In this document: positions 1-9,751 of the stretch, piece after piece | Layout of the letters: every line of letters begins with the position of its first letter | How positions within the stretch are numbered: position 1 is the first letter of the stretch | Virus record (IMG/VR): IMGVR_UViG_3300042691_051382 | Source: a virus | Strand: one strand, 5' to 3' | Length of the DNA stretch: 64,000 bases | Position numbers and translations under genes: made by a program | Notes under the pieces: model-generated | Told to the model about the DNA's origin: nothing | The model's input: the letters and a program-made list of their open reading frames with translations, nothing else | The model's database searches: none

Positions 1-70
1 TGTCTTTGGTTTTTTTAGTTTTTGGCTTGGTTGTTTGACTCATTTTGGTTCGCTTCTTTCTTTTTGCCAC
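1..70 (-). CDS. Partial CDS (5' end only), possibly late sigma factor gp55
   Basis: GTG at 70 behind GGAG gives MAKRKKRTKMSQTTKPKTKKTKD, running off the window. gp55 is suggested only by the usual uvsW-hypothetical-gp55 order. Confidence 0.3.
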   Translation of the reverse strand, partial: MAKRKKRTKMSQTTKPKTKKTKD

Positions 71-244
71 CTTACTTCTCCCTAATTATATGCAATAGCA
101 CCAAAAATTATGGTCAACAGTGCTATAAAAATTTTTTGCAAATCTTTGAAATTTGTGTGGCTGAGCAAAAACTTTGGCTTATACATATGCATGTCCGGGA
201 TGAACATCAAGTTCTTTACCTATAAAGTAATTAAGGTACCTTAG

Positions 245-745
245 TTATATCTTGAAGCGAGGAGGGAAGTCATCCCATCCGTTTGAATCAAGATCATCCT
301 CGCCATCATCCAGCCGCTCTTGAGTCGGACCACTGAGACCATCTTGTTTGGATGGTTTTTTCTTTTTCTTGGGTTTGCTTTCTTGTTCGTAAAACTCAAT
401 CGTCTCGCTCAAGTAATCTGTTTCAAAAAACTCAGTATTTTCAGTTTCTAAAAGTATTTTTTCGTACGTAGATCGAATGGTTGCATCACAATCAACTTCG
501 ATCAACACCGAATCGGCTGGGATGTGGTATTCTTTGCAGATTGAACCTTCTATCCAGTCGCGAAACGCTATGTCGGTGCTTTCCATATTTCCGTCTTTGT
601 TGATGTACGGAACATAAATTATGGTCATTGGATCTTTCAAAACATAAAAATCGTTCACACGTTTGACACGAGCTATCAAAGTTTCACCGTGACGCATCTT
701 GACAAGACGAATCGGAAAATCTGAATTGTTTGGCTTTTTAGTCAT
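245..745 (-). CDS. Conserved T4-like hypothetical protein (Sm-like fold, acidic tail)
   Basis: RLVKMRHGETLIARV...LKDPMTI...FRDWI pattern, directly downstream of uvsW. Confidence 0.6.
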   Translation of the reverse strand: MTKKPNNSDFPIRLVKMRHGETLIARVKRVNDFYVLKDPMTIIYVPYINKDGNMESTDIAFRDWIEGSICKEYHIPADSVLIEVDCDATIRSTYEKILLETENTEFFETDYLSETIEFYEQESKPKKKKKPSKQDGLSGPTQERLDDGEDDLDSNGWDDFPPRFKI

Positions 746-746
746 G

Positions 747-2255
747 TCATATCCTTAAACTTACAATTTTGTAATCAAATTTTTCTTCGTTGTATATTTT
801 TAATCGTTCAACAAAGTGTTTTAAACCGTAATTTTGACGAGACTTCCAACTCAAATCATCGCTGATATCATACAACTGTGCATGTTGTTTGGTATCACTT
901 TTTCTTAATTGTCGCCCTATGCTCTGTAGAACTCGTACTCTTCCTTTGCTCGGGCTAGCAAAAACAATGTTGTGTAGCTTGCGTATATTTATACCCGTGC
1001 TGAAAGTACCATAACTGGCTACGATTATAGCGTCGTTTTGAGTTTCAACAGTCTTTCTCATTTGTTCGCGAAGTTCCGCATCAACATCGCCGCTAACAAA
1101 ATAAATTTGACGATTTGGATCTTTATTTTTCTTTACAATCAAATCGTGCAGAACTTTGCCGTGTTTTTCCACAAATTGATAAAGAACCAAGCTGTTGCCG
1201 CGAGTGTTTAAAGCTAGATCCGCAATAAAATTGTTTCTTCGATCGTGACGAACCAAATAATCTATTTCTTGATCATATTTTAAATCTTTGACGTGTTTAC
1301 ACTCGTCGTCGTTGTATTTCAGCGTCACACACTCGATTTTTAATTTGCTGAGGATATTGGCATCAATCAAATCGCGAGTTGTTGCTATACGATGAACTTT
1401 TCCAGTCAAACCTTCAACCACCAGTTTGTTGGTTTGCATACCATCAAGTGTGCCTGTTAATCCTATTCGACGCGGACAAACAAGCAACTTTTCCATGATT
1501 CCTTTGATGCTGTCGCTGCGCATGTGATGCGATTCGTCAACTATCACACATTCAAAGTTTTCAAAATACTTTTTGCTTTCTTTGTAGATCGACTGCCATG
1601 TGCTAACAATCACTTGCGAATCGCTAAGCTTTTGTTTTCCACCTACAACACCATGACATTGTTTTGAAACATCCCATCCGTTTGCCTGTGAATAACAATC
1701 AAAGTCGCTGAGCATCTGATACACTAGAGCCACAGTTGGAACAACGATCAATATTTTTTTATTGGTTTGTTGCGCATAATAACGAATCAACGAATATATT
1801 ATGTAACTTTTGCCACTTGCGGTTGGCGACAACAACAAACATCTGGAGTTGTTTATTGCGTACTCAACACCTTCTATTTGGTGTGGTAATGCTTGTAGTT
1901 TTTCGTTTTTTGGACCTCGTATGTCCAGTTGATTCAAAAAATCTACAATTTGCTGGCGATCGAGTGGTCGACTTGGACGCGGAAAATCTGCATCTAGTTT
2001 TACTGTGTATCCTCGCTCGTTTGCGAATTTTATTACATACGGAATCAGGCCATAGTACAACAATTCGCTGTACTGATTGTACAATCGTATTTTACCGTCC
2101 CATATTTTGTGGCGATATGCAGGAGTGTATCTGGCGTTTGGTACCACAAAGGTGAAGTAGTCCACCATTTCCATACCTATGCCTGCTTCTTTGCAGCAAA
2201 CTTTTGCATGCACATCATTCAAATAACGAATAATGATGTTGCTCGAATCGCTCAT
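747..2255 (-). CDS. uvsW: SF2 DNA helicase UvsW
   Basis: Walker A SPTASGKS, DESH, GLTGT and QSIGRQLR motifs. Start moved to ATG 2255 (MSDSS) because the longer ORF overlaps uvsY and a late promoter sits just upstream. Confidence 0.95.
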   Translation of the reverse strand: MSDSSNIIIRYLNDVHAKVCCKEAGIGMEMVDYFTFVVPNARYTPAYRHKIWDGKIRLYNQYSELLYYGLIPYVIKFANERGYTVKLDADFPRPSRPLDRQQIVDFLNQLDIRGPKNEKLQALPHQIEGVEYAINNSRCLLLSPTASGKSYIIYSLIRYYAQQTNKKILIVVPTVALVYQMLSDFDCYSQANGWDVSKQCHGVVGGKQKLSDSQVIVSTWQSIYKESKKYFENFECVIVDESHHMRSDSIKGIMEKLLVCPRRIGLTGTLDGMQTNKLVVEGLTGKVHRIATTRDLIDANILSKLKIECVTLKYNDDECKHVKDLKYDQEIDYLVRHDRRNNFIADLALNTRGNSLVLYQFVEKHGKVLHDLIVKKNKDPNRQIYFVSGDVDAELREQMRKTVETQNDAIIVASYGTFSTGINIRKLHNIVFASPSKGRVRVLQSIGRQLRKSDTKQHAQLYDISDDLSWKSRQNYGLKHFVERLKIYNEEKFDYKIVSLRI

Positions 2256-2260
2256 AAAAA

Positions 2261-2268
2261 TATTTATA
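2261..2268 (-). promoter_or_regulatory. T4-type late promoter TATAAATA (uvsW)
   Basis: Exact consensus, 5 nt before the ATG. Confidence 0.75.
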
Positions 2269-2272
2269 TTGA

Positions 2273-2710
2273 TTAATTTACGCCATTCACAAACTTGCGC
2301 CACTCGATAGCCGATCGAATTTGCCAATGACGATTCATAATTCCTTTTATGATCGATTCGATGTATTCTATTTTTTCACGCTGACGCTCTATCTTCAAAC
2401 GCAAATTTTGCAGTTCGGTGTCGCTGTCCATGTACAAATCTACATCTTGTTTGAGTATTCGCAAAGCAAACGGCTGCCAACCGTGTTGATTCAATTGCTC
2501 TTGATCCATTTTTCCGGTGTAATATTCCCACTTCAAACGACGCATCTTATCAAAATCGATTTGAATTGCACGAAGAACCAAACGTTCGTCGCTCAAAAAA
2601 TTAAGATATTTGTTGTGAAGTTGTGGAATTCTTAGCGATTCACGGTCGAGTTCGGTGCCGTCCAACGCTAAATCTTGCTCGGCATGAGCACGTATTTCTT
2701 CGATTTTCAT
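2273..2710 (-). CDS. uvsY: Recombination mediator UvsY
   Basis: ESLRIPQLHNKYL, KWEYYTGK, IRSAIEWRKF; synteny with uvsW. Confidence 0.92.
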   Translation of the reverse strand: MKIEEIRAHAEQDLALDGTELDRESLRIPQLHNKYLNFLSDERLVLRAIQIDFDKMRRLKWEYYTGKMDQEQLNQHGWQPFALRILKQDVDLYMDSDTELQNLRLKIERQREKIEYIESIIKGIMNRHWQIRSAIEWRKFVNGVN

Positions 2711-2727
2711 AATATAAAGTTCCTGTT

Positions 2728-3255
2728 TTAATTGCTGTAAAGCGATGTGATTTTAAACAAGGTATACTCGAATGTAACTGTACTGTACTGAAACGTGGAT
2801 CCCATCGATCCAGTTTGAAAATTTAATCCACCAAGGCTAGTTGGAAACAAACCATCAAAATTTATTCTAAATTTTGGAATATTGTTGCTGTCGTGAATAA
2901 ACAACACACCTTCGCTGTTGAGGTGTGTGCTGGGTTCTTCGTAAGTGTCAAAATTTTCTTGGTTGGTGGATTGACGCATCCAATTGTATATTTCCAACCA
3001 ATTTTTTAAATTTTCATCGACCATAAAACTTATGCTCAAGTTTTCTGGAGTCAAAGCACCACCGGGTCTTGGTATATTGTTGAATGGTGTTGGTTGTTCG
3101 GTTGATCTGACTCGCAAACCCGGAAGCGAAACACTTTGACAGAAAAAAGTAACGTTGCTTATTTTTCGCAGTTCAAATTGAAAATGTGTGGCAAGAATAC
3201 CGTTTTTATTGTCGGGTTGTAATTGTAAACGACCGTATCCGTTTTGATCTGTCAT
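2728..3255 (-). CDS. gp3: Tail tube terminator / tail completion protein gp3
   Basis: FFCQSVSLPG, FMVDENLKNWLEIYNWM, FPTSLGGLNF; SD GAGG before ATG 3255. Confidence 0.88.
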   Translation of the reverse strand: MTDQNGYGRLQLQPDNKNGILATHFQFELRKISNVTFFCQSVSLPGLRVRSTEQPTPFNNIPRPGGALTPENLSISFMVDENLKNWLEIYNWMRQSTNQENFDTYEEPSTHLNSEGVLFIHDSNNIPKFRINFDGLFPTSLGGLNFQTGSMGSTFQYSTVTFEYTLFKITSLYSN

Positions 3256-3269
3256 ATTTACCTCTGATG

Positions 3270-3277
3270 TATTTATC
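3270..3277 (-). promoter_or_regulatory. Late promoter variant GATAAATA (gp3)
   Basis: 7/8 match, directly after the gp23 terminator. Confidence 0.6.
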
Positions 3278-3279
3278 AA

Positions 3280-3314
3280 TAAAAAAACAGGGAGATCTTT
3301 CGATCCCCCTGTTT
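3280..3314 (-). terminator. Rho-independent terminator after gp23
   Basis: AAACAGGGGGATC-GAAA-GATCTCCCTGTTT followed by a T run on the minus strand. Confidence 0.85.
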
Positions 3315-3358
3315 CGTTTTTACTCTATCTTATGATAATCACAAGATAGAACAAGTTA

Positions 3359-4732
3359 TCAGAACAAATTGTCTACTCTGCATATTCTGTAATATTGATT
3401 TGCACGAGCCGAGAGCGTCTGACCGTCAGCAGCACCGGTGCTTGTGTTGTACACGAATGGGTTGCTTACGAGACCATAACGCGTCTTGAACGCAATCTTG
3501 GGCTGGAACGTGTCTTGACCAACCGCACGCACCATCTGGAGCGGCACGTATGGGCAGTAGAACAGACCAGCGTCGAATGGCGAGCTACCCTTGTAACCAA
3601 CGCAGAAGAAGTCGCGCTGGAGCGAAGAGTATGGGTCGATGTGCACGCGGAACTTGCCGTTGAGCACACCAACGAATGTGTTGCCCGTATCATCAACGTT
3701 GAGGTTGGTGTTGAGGGCTGGGGCGTAATCGAGAACGCCTGCCATGGCAAGAGCCGAGGCAACGTCGCTCGAGCAGAGCACAAAGTTACCCTTACCACGA
3801 CGGGTCTCCTTGGCGATCTGGTTGGCTTCGCGTTCGATCTGGAACAGCAAGCCCTTGAACTTTTCGGCACTCCAACGACCGTTCGAGTCAACGTTGAGAT
3901 CAAACACGCCGGTGGTCTGAGTGGTACCAGCGCGTGCGCCGAGCTTGGCTACACCGTAGATGGTACGAACCACTTCGCGGTTGATTTCAGCGAGGATTTC
4001 AGCCGAGAGGATGTTGGCGAGTTCGGTTTCGGCATCGAGACCGTGAACAGCCTTGAGATCCTGAGCGAGTTCGAGCGAGTATTCAGCCTTGAGAGCGCGT
4101 GTACGAGCTTCAACGACTGTCTTCTCGATCGAGAATGCCATCTGAGCGAATGGGTTGGTTGTGGAAGGATCACCGAGACCTTCACCGTCACCCGTGCGAT
4201 AACCACGATAAGCCGTGATACCAGCAGCAGATGTGGAAGTTGCAAGTCCAAACGGATCCGAGGAGTACGTATCGCTGTACTGACCGTTGGTTGGACCAAG
4301 GGCAGCGGCAGCAAACGAACCGGTAGAACCCGAACCACCAAAGCGCGTGTCGGCTTCGAGGAACAGGGCTTCGTCACCCGTCTGGCTGGCGTAACGGCTG
4401 CGCATAGCGAAGATAAGTCCTGTAGGACCGCTCATTGGCTGCACACCGCAGATATCGTACGCAACCAAGTTTGGCATGGCGCGACGAACGAGGCTGATGA
4501 GAATCGGATCCCACAGCGAAACGTTGCCACCCATACCGTTCGAGCTGGTACCGAGCGATGGGTTGGTACCGATCGAGTTGGCTGGGCTGGCTTCGCGAAG
4601 GTGCTGCTGTTGATTTTCGAGAAGCACAGCAGTGACCTGCTTGCGATAGCTATCGGAAATTTCGGGCATGTCCGTGTGTTCGAGGATTGGTGCCCACTTC
4701 TTCATAATTTTTTCTGATACTCTGAATTCCAT
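3359..4732 (-). CDS. gp23: Major capsid protein gp23
   Basis: LVRRAMPNLVAYDICGVQPMSGPTGLIFAMR, ELAQDLKAVHGLDAE, FQPKIAFKTRYG. Confidence 0.99.
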   Translation of the reverse strand: MEFRVSEKIMKKWAPILEHTDMPEISDSYRKQVTAVLLENQQQHLREASPANSIGTNPSLGTSSNGMGGNVSLWDPILISLVRRAMPNLVAYDICGVQPMSGPTGLIFAMRSRYASQTGDEALFLEADTRFGGSGSTGSFAAAALGPTNGQYSDTYSSDPFGLATSTSAAGITAYRGYRTGDGEGLGDPSTTNPFAQMAFSIEKTVVEARTRALKAEYSLELAQDLKAVHGLDAETELANILSAEILAEINREVVRTIYGVAKLGARAGTTQTTGVFDLNVDSNGRWSAEKFKGLLFQIEREANQIAKETRRGKGNFVLCSSDVASALAMAGVLDYAPALNTNLNVDDTGNTFVGVLNGKFRVHIDPYSSLQRDFFCVGYKGSSPFDAGLFYCPYVPLQMVRAVGQDTFQPKIAFKTRYGLVSNPFVYNTSTGAADGQTLSARANQYYRICRVDNLF

Positions 4733-4757
4733 TTAAAATCTCCTTGAGAATTAAATT

Positions 4758-4765
4758 TATTTATA
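4758..4765 (-). promoter_or_regulatory. Late promoter TATAAATA (gp23)
   Basis: Exact consensus, followed by SD AAGGAG. Confidence 0.8.
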
Positions 4766-4767
4766 AT

Positions 4768-5964
4768 TTACTTTTTTCCAAAACGAGCGAGCGTTTGGAC
4801 GTATTGGTCCATGCTCTCGTTGAGTTCCACTACATCGTTGTTGCTGGCCACATCGTCAACCGATTCGGTGAGATAGTTCACCGGAGCGGATGGTGTGGAG
4901 ATGGTTTCGCCAAAATAGCTTTCTTTGATCGTGTTGATCTTGTTGATGAAGTTTTCGTCGGTGTCGTAGTTGACATTTTCGCAAAGCTTCATAAAGCGTT
5001 CGAATTCTGCGGCTGTGAGTTCTTCGCCAAGAGTGGCAACCACTTCGTTGCGGCGATACGACTCGATCGATTCGTTCAAATCGATGTTGCGGTTGATTTC
5101 GTCGTTGAGACGACCTTCGAGTTCGTCAATCTTTCCGCTGAGTTGTTCCACAAGGTTCACATCGCTATCGGGAACATCCACACCGTGTTCAACAAACAGA
5201 GTGCGAAGACCTTCGATAAAGCTTTCGGCGATTTCGAGACGCACGCCGTTTTCGAGTTGAAGACGATTTTCTTCGACCCATTCGTTCACAACATAACCAA
5301 GATACGAATCAACTTGTTCGTTAATTTCGTTTTTGACGATTTCAACGTATTCTTCGGCAAGTGCTTCGTATTCGTTTGCAATCGATTCACGAAGCGATTG
5401 TTCGCGTTCGTCGAGAGCCGTTTGGAAGATAAGAGCAGCCTTCTGCTTGAAATCTTCGCTGAGAGTTTCGCCGTTGAACAAAGCCGAAAGGTGCTCTTCC
5501 ATCTTTTCAGATTTCATTGGCTTCTTTTCCTTGAGCATCGGCTTGTTTTCGTCGCCTTCGTATTCTTCTTCCTTTTCGCCCATTTCTTCTGATTCTTCGC
5601 CCTCTTCGCCTTCTTCGTCGTTAGACTTGGTGGCAACCGGAGCAGATTTGGTGTTTCCGAACGTATCGGTAGCACCAAAGCTCATCTTTTGAGATGTGTT
5701 CTTGGCTTTTGGATCCTGTGAAGGATGCACAGCCGTTGGAATCTTGGCGAGGAGCGATTGAATCACATCCACTCCAGGACCTTTGAGAATCACTTCTCCG
5801 CCCTGTGAAGGTTGTGAAGGCATCTTTCCAGCCGCATCTTGAGAACGTGTGGCTTCAACGTTCTTCATTTGCATGGCTTTACCATTTACGGGATTGGTTT
5901 CAGCCATTTCCTTTTTGTTTTCTTCTTCAACAAGAATCTGCTTGATTTGTTCTAAAGGATCCAT
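4768..5964 (-). CDS. gp22: Prohead core scaffold gp22
   Basis: LSEDFKQKAALIF, VDSYLGYVVNEWVEEN, IKESYF; acidic coiled coil between gp21 and gp23. Confidence 0.93.
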   Translation of the reverse strand: MDPLEQIKQILVEEENKKEMAETNPVNGKAMQMKNVEATRSQDAAGKMPSQPSQGGEVILKGPGVDVIQSLLAKIPTAVHPSQDPKAKNTSQKMSFGATDTFGNTKSAPVATKSNDEEGEEGEESEEMGEKEEEYEGDENKPMLKEKKPMKSEKMEEHLSALFNGETLSEDFKQKAALIFQTALDEREQSLRESIANEYEALAEEYVEIVKNEINEQVDSYLGYVVNEWVEENRLQLENGVRLEIAESFIEGLRTLFVEHGVDVPDSDVNLVEQLSGKIDELEGRLNDEINRNIDLNESIESYRRNEVVATLGEELTAAEFERFMKLCENVNYDTDENFINKINTIKESYFGETISTPSAPVNYLTESVDDVASNNDVVELNESMDQYVQTLARFGKK

Positions 5965-5991
5965 TTATATCTCCTATTTACCGTTAACAAT

Positions 5992-5999
5992 TATTTATA
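5992..5999 (-). promoter_or_regulatory. Late promoter TATAAATA (gp22)
   Basis: Exact consensus in the intergenic gap. Confidence 0.8.
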
Positions 6000-6003
6000 A
6001 AAA

Positions 6004-6648
6004 TTAAAGTTTACCTAAGAAATCTTTGAACGCTTTTAATGCACATTCTTCGAGATTTCTAGAGGATGCTTTTTTGATTTGTTTCTTGTAATTTTCAATT
6101 TCGACGCTTTTGAGAACACCCGACTCGTAAATCCATTCGCGTGATTCCATTATGCCACGCACAAACGCATCGGGTGCGCTGGGATCAGCCACGATATCGG
6201 CTGCGGTTGCCAAGCGGAAATCGTCGTTTACATACGAAACGCCGTTTTGTTCGCGAAGCGTACCCAAACCACGGCTCGAAACTCCGAGTTTTGCGCCTTC
6301 GTCGATCAAATTTTTAACAATTTTACCGTATGGGGTGTCCATGATTTTGGCTTTACCGATGAAGTTGTTGCCTTCACGGTGAAGATCCTTGATCATGTGG
6401 CTAACGCGTTCGAGGTTGATTTGTGGACCATCCGGGTGACCAAGTTCGCCAAAAGCGCGATTTTGGTTCACAAAAGAGTTCATGTAGCGATCCACTTCGT
6501 TTTCCAAAACATGCATTTCATAAACACGACCGTTGCGATTGCGCATTTCACCCTGAAGAAAAACTCCTTCGATGAAATGCTGCTTGCTGTCGCCTTTTCC
6601 TTCGGTGATGATTTTGATGCTTTCGTTGACTTCGGTGATGAGTTTCAT
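6004..6648 (-). CDS. gp21: Prohead protease gp21
   Basis: NRNGRVY, GELGHP, GVSSRGLG, DIVADPSAPDAFV. Confidence 0.97.
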   Translation of the reverse strand: MKLITEVNESIKIITEGKGDSKQHFIEGVFLQGEMRNRNGRVYEMHVLENEVDRYMNSFVNQNRAFGELGHPDGPQINLERVSHMIKDLHREGNNFIGKAKIMDTPYGKIVKNLIDEGAKLGVSSRGLGTLREQNGVSYVNDDFRLATAADIVADPSAPDAFVRGIMESREWIYESGVLKSVEIENYKKQIKKASSRNLEECALKAFKDFLGKL

Positions 6649-6658
6649 TTGTTTCTCT

Positions 6659-7120
6659 TTACATTTGACGGATGTATCCGCCGTTCTTGTCTAGTTCCAA
6701 TATGACCGTTACCGTGTCGTTGGTTGTCATTGCACTGGTGTTTCTTACTTGAACATAGTTTCTGCGAGTGGCTGCGGTGTCGGTGTTGCGGAAAACTATT
6801 GCATCTGCGGTGTAATTGACGTATCCGCTGCCGTTCAAGTACAAAAATGGAGTTCCGGTGAGCGAACCGCTAACACCCCACGACAATTCAACCGCTGTTC
6901 CGGTTGCGCCTTGAGGAAGACTCCAAAACACCTTGGATACGTTTATGTTCACGGCTGTGCTGCCGGTTGCTTGTGTGCTGTCGTAGCCGGTCAAACTGCT
7001 AGCCTGAATCGATCCAGTCAAGTTTCCGGCAGCAACAGCACCACCGCCACCGCCATAGATGAATTGCACGACCGATCTTTCGTAATTATCATAAAGAACG
7101 TTGGTTGTAAATTGAGGCAT
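6659..7120 (-). CDS. Hypothetical beta-rich protein, probably virion-associated
   Basis: In the head gene cluster, has its own late promoter, G/T-rich. Confidence 0.6.
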   Translation of the reverse strand: MPQFTTNVLYDNYERSVVQFIYGGGGGAVAAGNLTGSIQASSLTGYDSTQATGSTAVNINVSKVFWSLPQGATGTAVELSWGVSGSLTGTPFLYLNGSGYVNYTADAIVFRNTDTAATRRNYVQVRNTSAMTTNDTVTVILELDKNGGYIRQM

Positions 7121-7128
7121 TTTTTATC

Positions 7129-7689
7129 TCACGCTGGGTTTATCAAGTATTTATCATAATATTTTATTGAGAAAATTAACGATCCTGTTAGTGTTTTTCC
7201 GGTTGGTATGTCAAAAAAATAAGATATTTCTTCTAAAGAAAAATATTGTTGACTAGTCCAATCAATCGTTCCGTTTTCGATAAACATGTCGATTCCAGAT
7301 TTGAAACTGTAATTCATGTTTTGAAAGTTGTCTTTTTTGATATTGAATGTGTTTGCGTTTGAAGATATGTCCATCACATTCAATAAATTGGAACCGCTTG
7401 GATCAAAATAACCAAATTTTAAGGTGTGATTCAAACTCGACCACACAAAATTTATTTTATATTTGCCAGCATAAGTTGCATCTGGTGGAGTTACACCTCC
7501 AATTGTTGCTGTTGTGGGATAAAAATAAGATATTACAGAATGATTTAAAAAATCTACTTTATATGTGGCTTCATATGGTGTAGCAGATGTTTGAAGTTCG
7601 TTGCTTCCGTTTGAATATTTCAAATAATTGCTGTCACCGGTAAAATTGGTGAGACCTTTGAACTTTACTGTTGTAATGGTTACAGCCAT
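7129..7689 (-). CDS. Hypothetical protein
   Basis: ATG 7689 overlaps the upstream stop (TAATG coupling). Confidence 0.55.
   Translation of the reverse strand: MAVTITTVKFKGLTNFTGDSNYLKYSNGSNELQTSATPYEATYKVDFLNHSVISYFYPTTATIGGVTPPDATYAGKYKINFVWSSLNHTLKFGYFDPSGSNLLNVMDISSNANTFNIKKDNFQNMNYSFKSGIDMFIENGTIDWTSQQYFSLEEISYFFDIPTGKTLTGSLIFSIKYYDKYLINPA
7148..7155 (-). promoter_or_regulatory. Late promoter variant GATAAATA
   Basis: 7/8 match upstream of ATG 7120. Confidence 0.5.
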
Positions 7690-8030
7690 TAGTTGATGTA
7701 GTCTCGACAAAAATCAACAATTTTTGAATAGCTATTGATGTCTTCGTTCAACAAATTTTCAAAGATAACCTGATTGTCTTGATTCAATTCTTCGTAAGTG
7801 TACACAATATTTTTTGCTTCGTTTTGAGCAATTTGAACAATCGACCCATCTCTAAGCTTGAATGTTTGTGGTTCTTCGCTGTCGGATGCGGCTTTTATCT
7901 TGGAAAGAACCGTTGTTTGTTCGGTTTCGGGTTGTTTTTCGGTTTCGTCGTTGTCAACAGTGCGATAGTTAGCATACAATAAAACAGACTCATTTATATT
8001 GCTTTTGCGTATATCTGAAAACTTTTTCAT
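7689..8030 (-). CDS. Probable prohead core protein (gp67/gp68 position)
   Basis: Small acidic ORF between portal and protease; N-terminal MKKFSDIRK...INE. Confidence 0.5.
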   Translation of the reverse strand: MKKFSDIRKSNINESVLLYANYRTVDNDETEKQPETEQTTVLSKIKAASDSEEPQTFKLRDGSIVQIAQNEAKNIVYTYEELNQDNQVIFENLLNEDINSYSKIVDFCRDYIN

Positions 8031-8039
8031 TGGTGTGCC

Positions 8040-9734
8040 TTAAAGTCTTGGTTGTTCTTGTTGTGTTGGTTCTAGAGATGGTTGCTGCTGAGTCTCGTCG
8101 GACGGCGGCTGTGACGCATCTTGCTGCTCTTGGGGTTGCATTTCGGATTGAGCCGATGGTGTTTCGGTATCGGTTTGCTGTTGAACTTTTTGCGCTTCGG
8201 CTTCGGCTTCGATCTGTTGTTTTTGTTTTTCCATTTCTTTTTCTTGATCGATCTGCATCTGCATTATTTCGATTTCTGTGTCGTTCATTCCCAATATATT
8301 CTTTTTGATCCAGTATTGAGAATAATAAACACCAACATATGCTTGCAATTGACCAAGAACATTTGCACGCTCGAGTGCAACTTCATTTTCTTTGAGTTCC
8401 GCAAAATAACTGTCTTTCAAGAAATCAAAGAATATTTTGTCTTTGATGCGATTCCACTCGCGCTCGTTTATTATTTTCTTGAGAATAAGTTGTGTTTTGA
8501 GAAGATTGTAGAAAAGTTCCGAGAACTTGTTGCGAAGACGATTCACAAACTTGGCGAACTTGATTTCGTCGCGTGTGATTTCGGTGCTTTTGCCGATGGT
8601 GAAGCTCTTTTGTTCGCCATCCATACGCGATAATGGAACATTCAAGCTCTTGTAAAGCTTTTTCAGGAAATATTTAACGTCTTCTAGTTCGCTGAGATTC
8701 TGAGCACCTTGAAGTGTTGTGATTTCGGTGCCTTTGCCACCTTCGCGGCGCGGCAACCAATAATCTTCCAACATGCTCATGTGGCGGCGATCGTCGCGTA
8801 TTTCGCCGGTGCTAGCATCGTAAATGAGCTTGTTGCGATACTTGTTCATCAGATCGCGAACATATTGCTCGGCTTTTTGCTTGGGCAAGTTACCAACGTC
8901 GATATAAAAAATACGACGCTCGGGTGCACGGCTAAGACGGTAAATCACTACCGCATCTTCCATCATTCGCAGCTGATTCAACGGTTTGATGGCTTTGTGC
9001 AAGTATCCAACCGTGCGCTTGTTTCGACTGTCGAAAAGACCCGAAGTAACATAAACAACAGCATCCGGAGAGATTCGCAGTGCACTGCTGGCACTCGATC
9101 CAGTGTTCATGTTCATACCGGTTCTGAAACCATCTTTGCTGTAAACGTAAAATTCTTCGGCACCGGTTATGATTCTGTGACCCTGTGCGTTCAGTTCTCG
9201 CTTGTACTGTTTTACTTTTTGTATGTTTACAGGATCAACATAACGAACTTCTGCGATACCACGTTCGGGTGTTTTATCGTCTACGATAATATGGTACACC
9301 AACTTTCCGTCGATGTACCATCTACGAAATATCTCGTAACCTTTGGTTTGAAAATTTAAAAGCGAAAGTACGTTGTTGAATTCTTTGATGATGCGGCGTT
9401 TGATGTCATCGCTGTATTCTACTGCATCCAATATTATTTTTACCGGAGCAGAATTTTCTTCGCTGACAATTGCATCAGAAACAATATCATCGACTGCCGC
9501 TTCGCATTCGGGATGCATCGACATTTCGCGATATTTGTATATCAAATCCGCATCGTTGCGGGTTGTGTGATCGAAATCAACGTACTGACCAAAAAAGCCA
9601 CCAACGGCTTCGATACTCACAGCATCGTCGTCGTTTTGCGGCAAAACAAAAGACCGCCGAATCTTCTTGTTTTCACTCGAAGACAGCGGTTTTTTGTCGG
9701 AACCAAGTTTTAAACCAAAAAGTTTAAATTCCAT
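8040..9734 (-). CDS. gp20: Portal protein gp20
   Basis: YLHKAIKPLNQLRMMEDAVVIYRLSRAPERRIFYIDVGNLPK, EDYWLPRREGGKGTEITTL. Confidence 0.99.
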   Translation of the reverse strand: MEFKLFGLKLGSDKKPLSSSENKKIRRSFVLPQNDDDAVSIEAVGGFFGQYVDFDHTTRNDADLIYKYREMSMHPECEAAVDDIVSDAIVSEENSAPVKIILDAVEYSDDIKRRIIKEFNNVLSLLNFQTKGYEIFRRWYIDGKLVYHIIVDDKTPERGIAEVRYVDPVNIQKVKQYKRELNAQGHRIITGAEEFYVYSKDGFRTGMNMNTGSSASSALRISPDAVVYVTSGLFDSRNKRTVGYLHKAIKPLNQLRMMEDAVVIYRLSRAPERRIFYIDVGNLPKQKAEQYVRDLMNKYRNKLIYDASTGEIRDDRRHMSMLEDYWLPRREGGKGTEITTLQGAQNLSELEDVKYFLKKLYKSLNVPLSRMDGEQKSFTIGKSTEITRDEIKFAKFVNRLRNKFSELFYNLLKTQLILKKIINEREWNRIKDKIFFDFLKDSYFAELKENEVALERANVLGQLQAYVGVYYSQYWIKKNILGMNDTEIEIMQMQIDQEKEMEKQKQQIEAEAEAQKVQQQTDTETPSAQSEMQPQEQQDASQPPSDETQQQPSLEPTQQEQPRL

Positions 9735-9751
9735 AATATTGCTTTGCTAAA

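Noticed and set aside
85-117. Sigma70 promoter TTGACC...TATAAT on the minus strand
   Set aside because: The spacer is 21 nt, too long; the -10 box alone is weak evidence
3395-5692. Long plus-strand ORFs opposite gp23 and gp22 (similar ones lie opposite gp18, the GT2 gene and gp32)
   Set aside because: Antisense shadows of biased codon usage, with no recognisable motifs or translation signals
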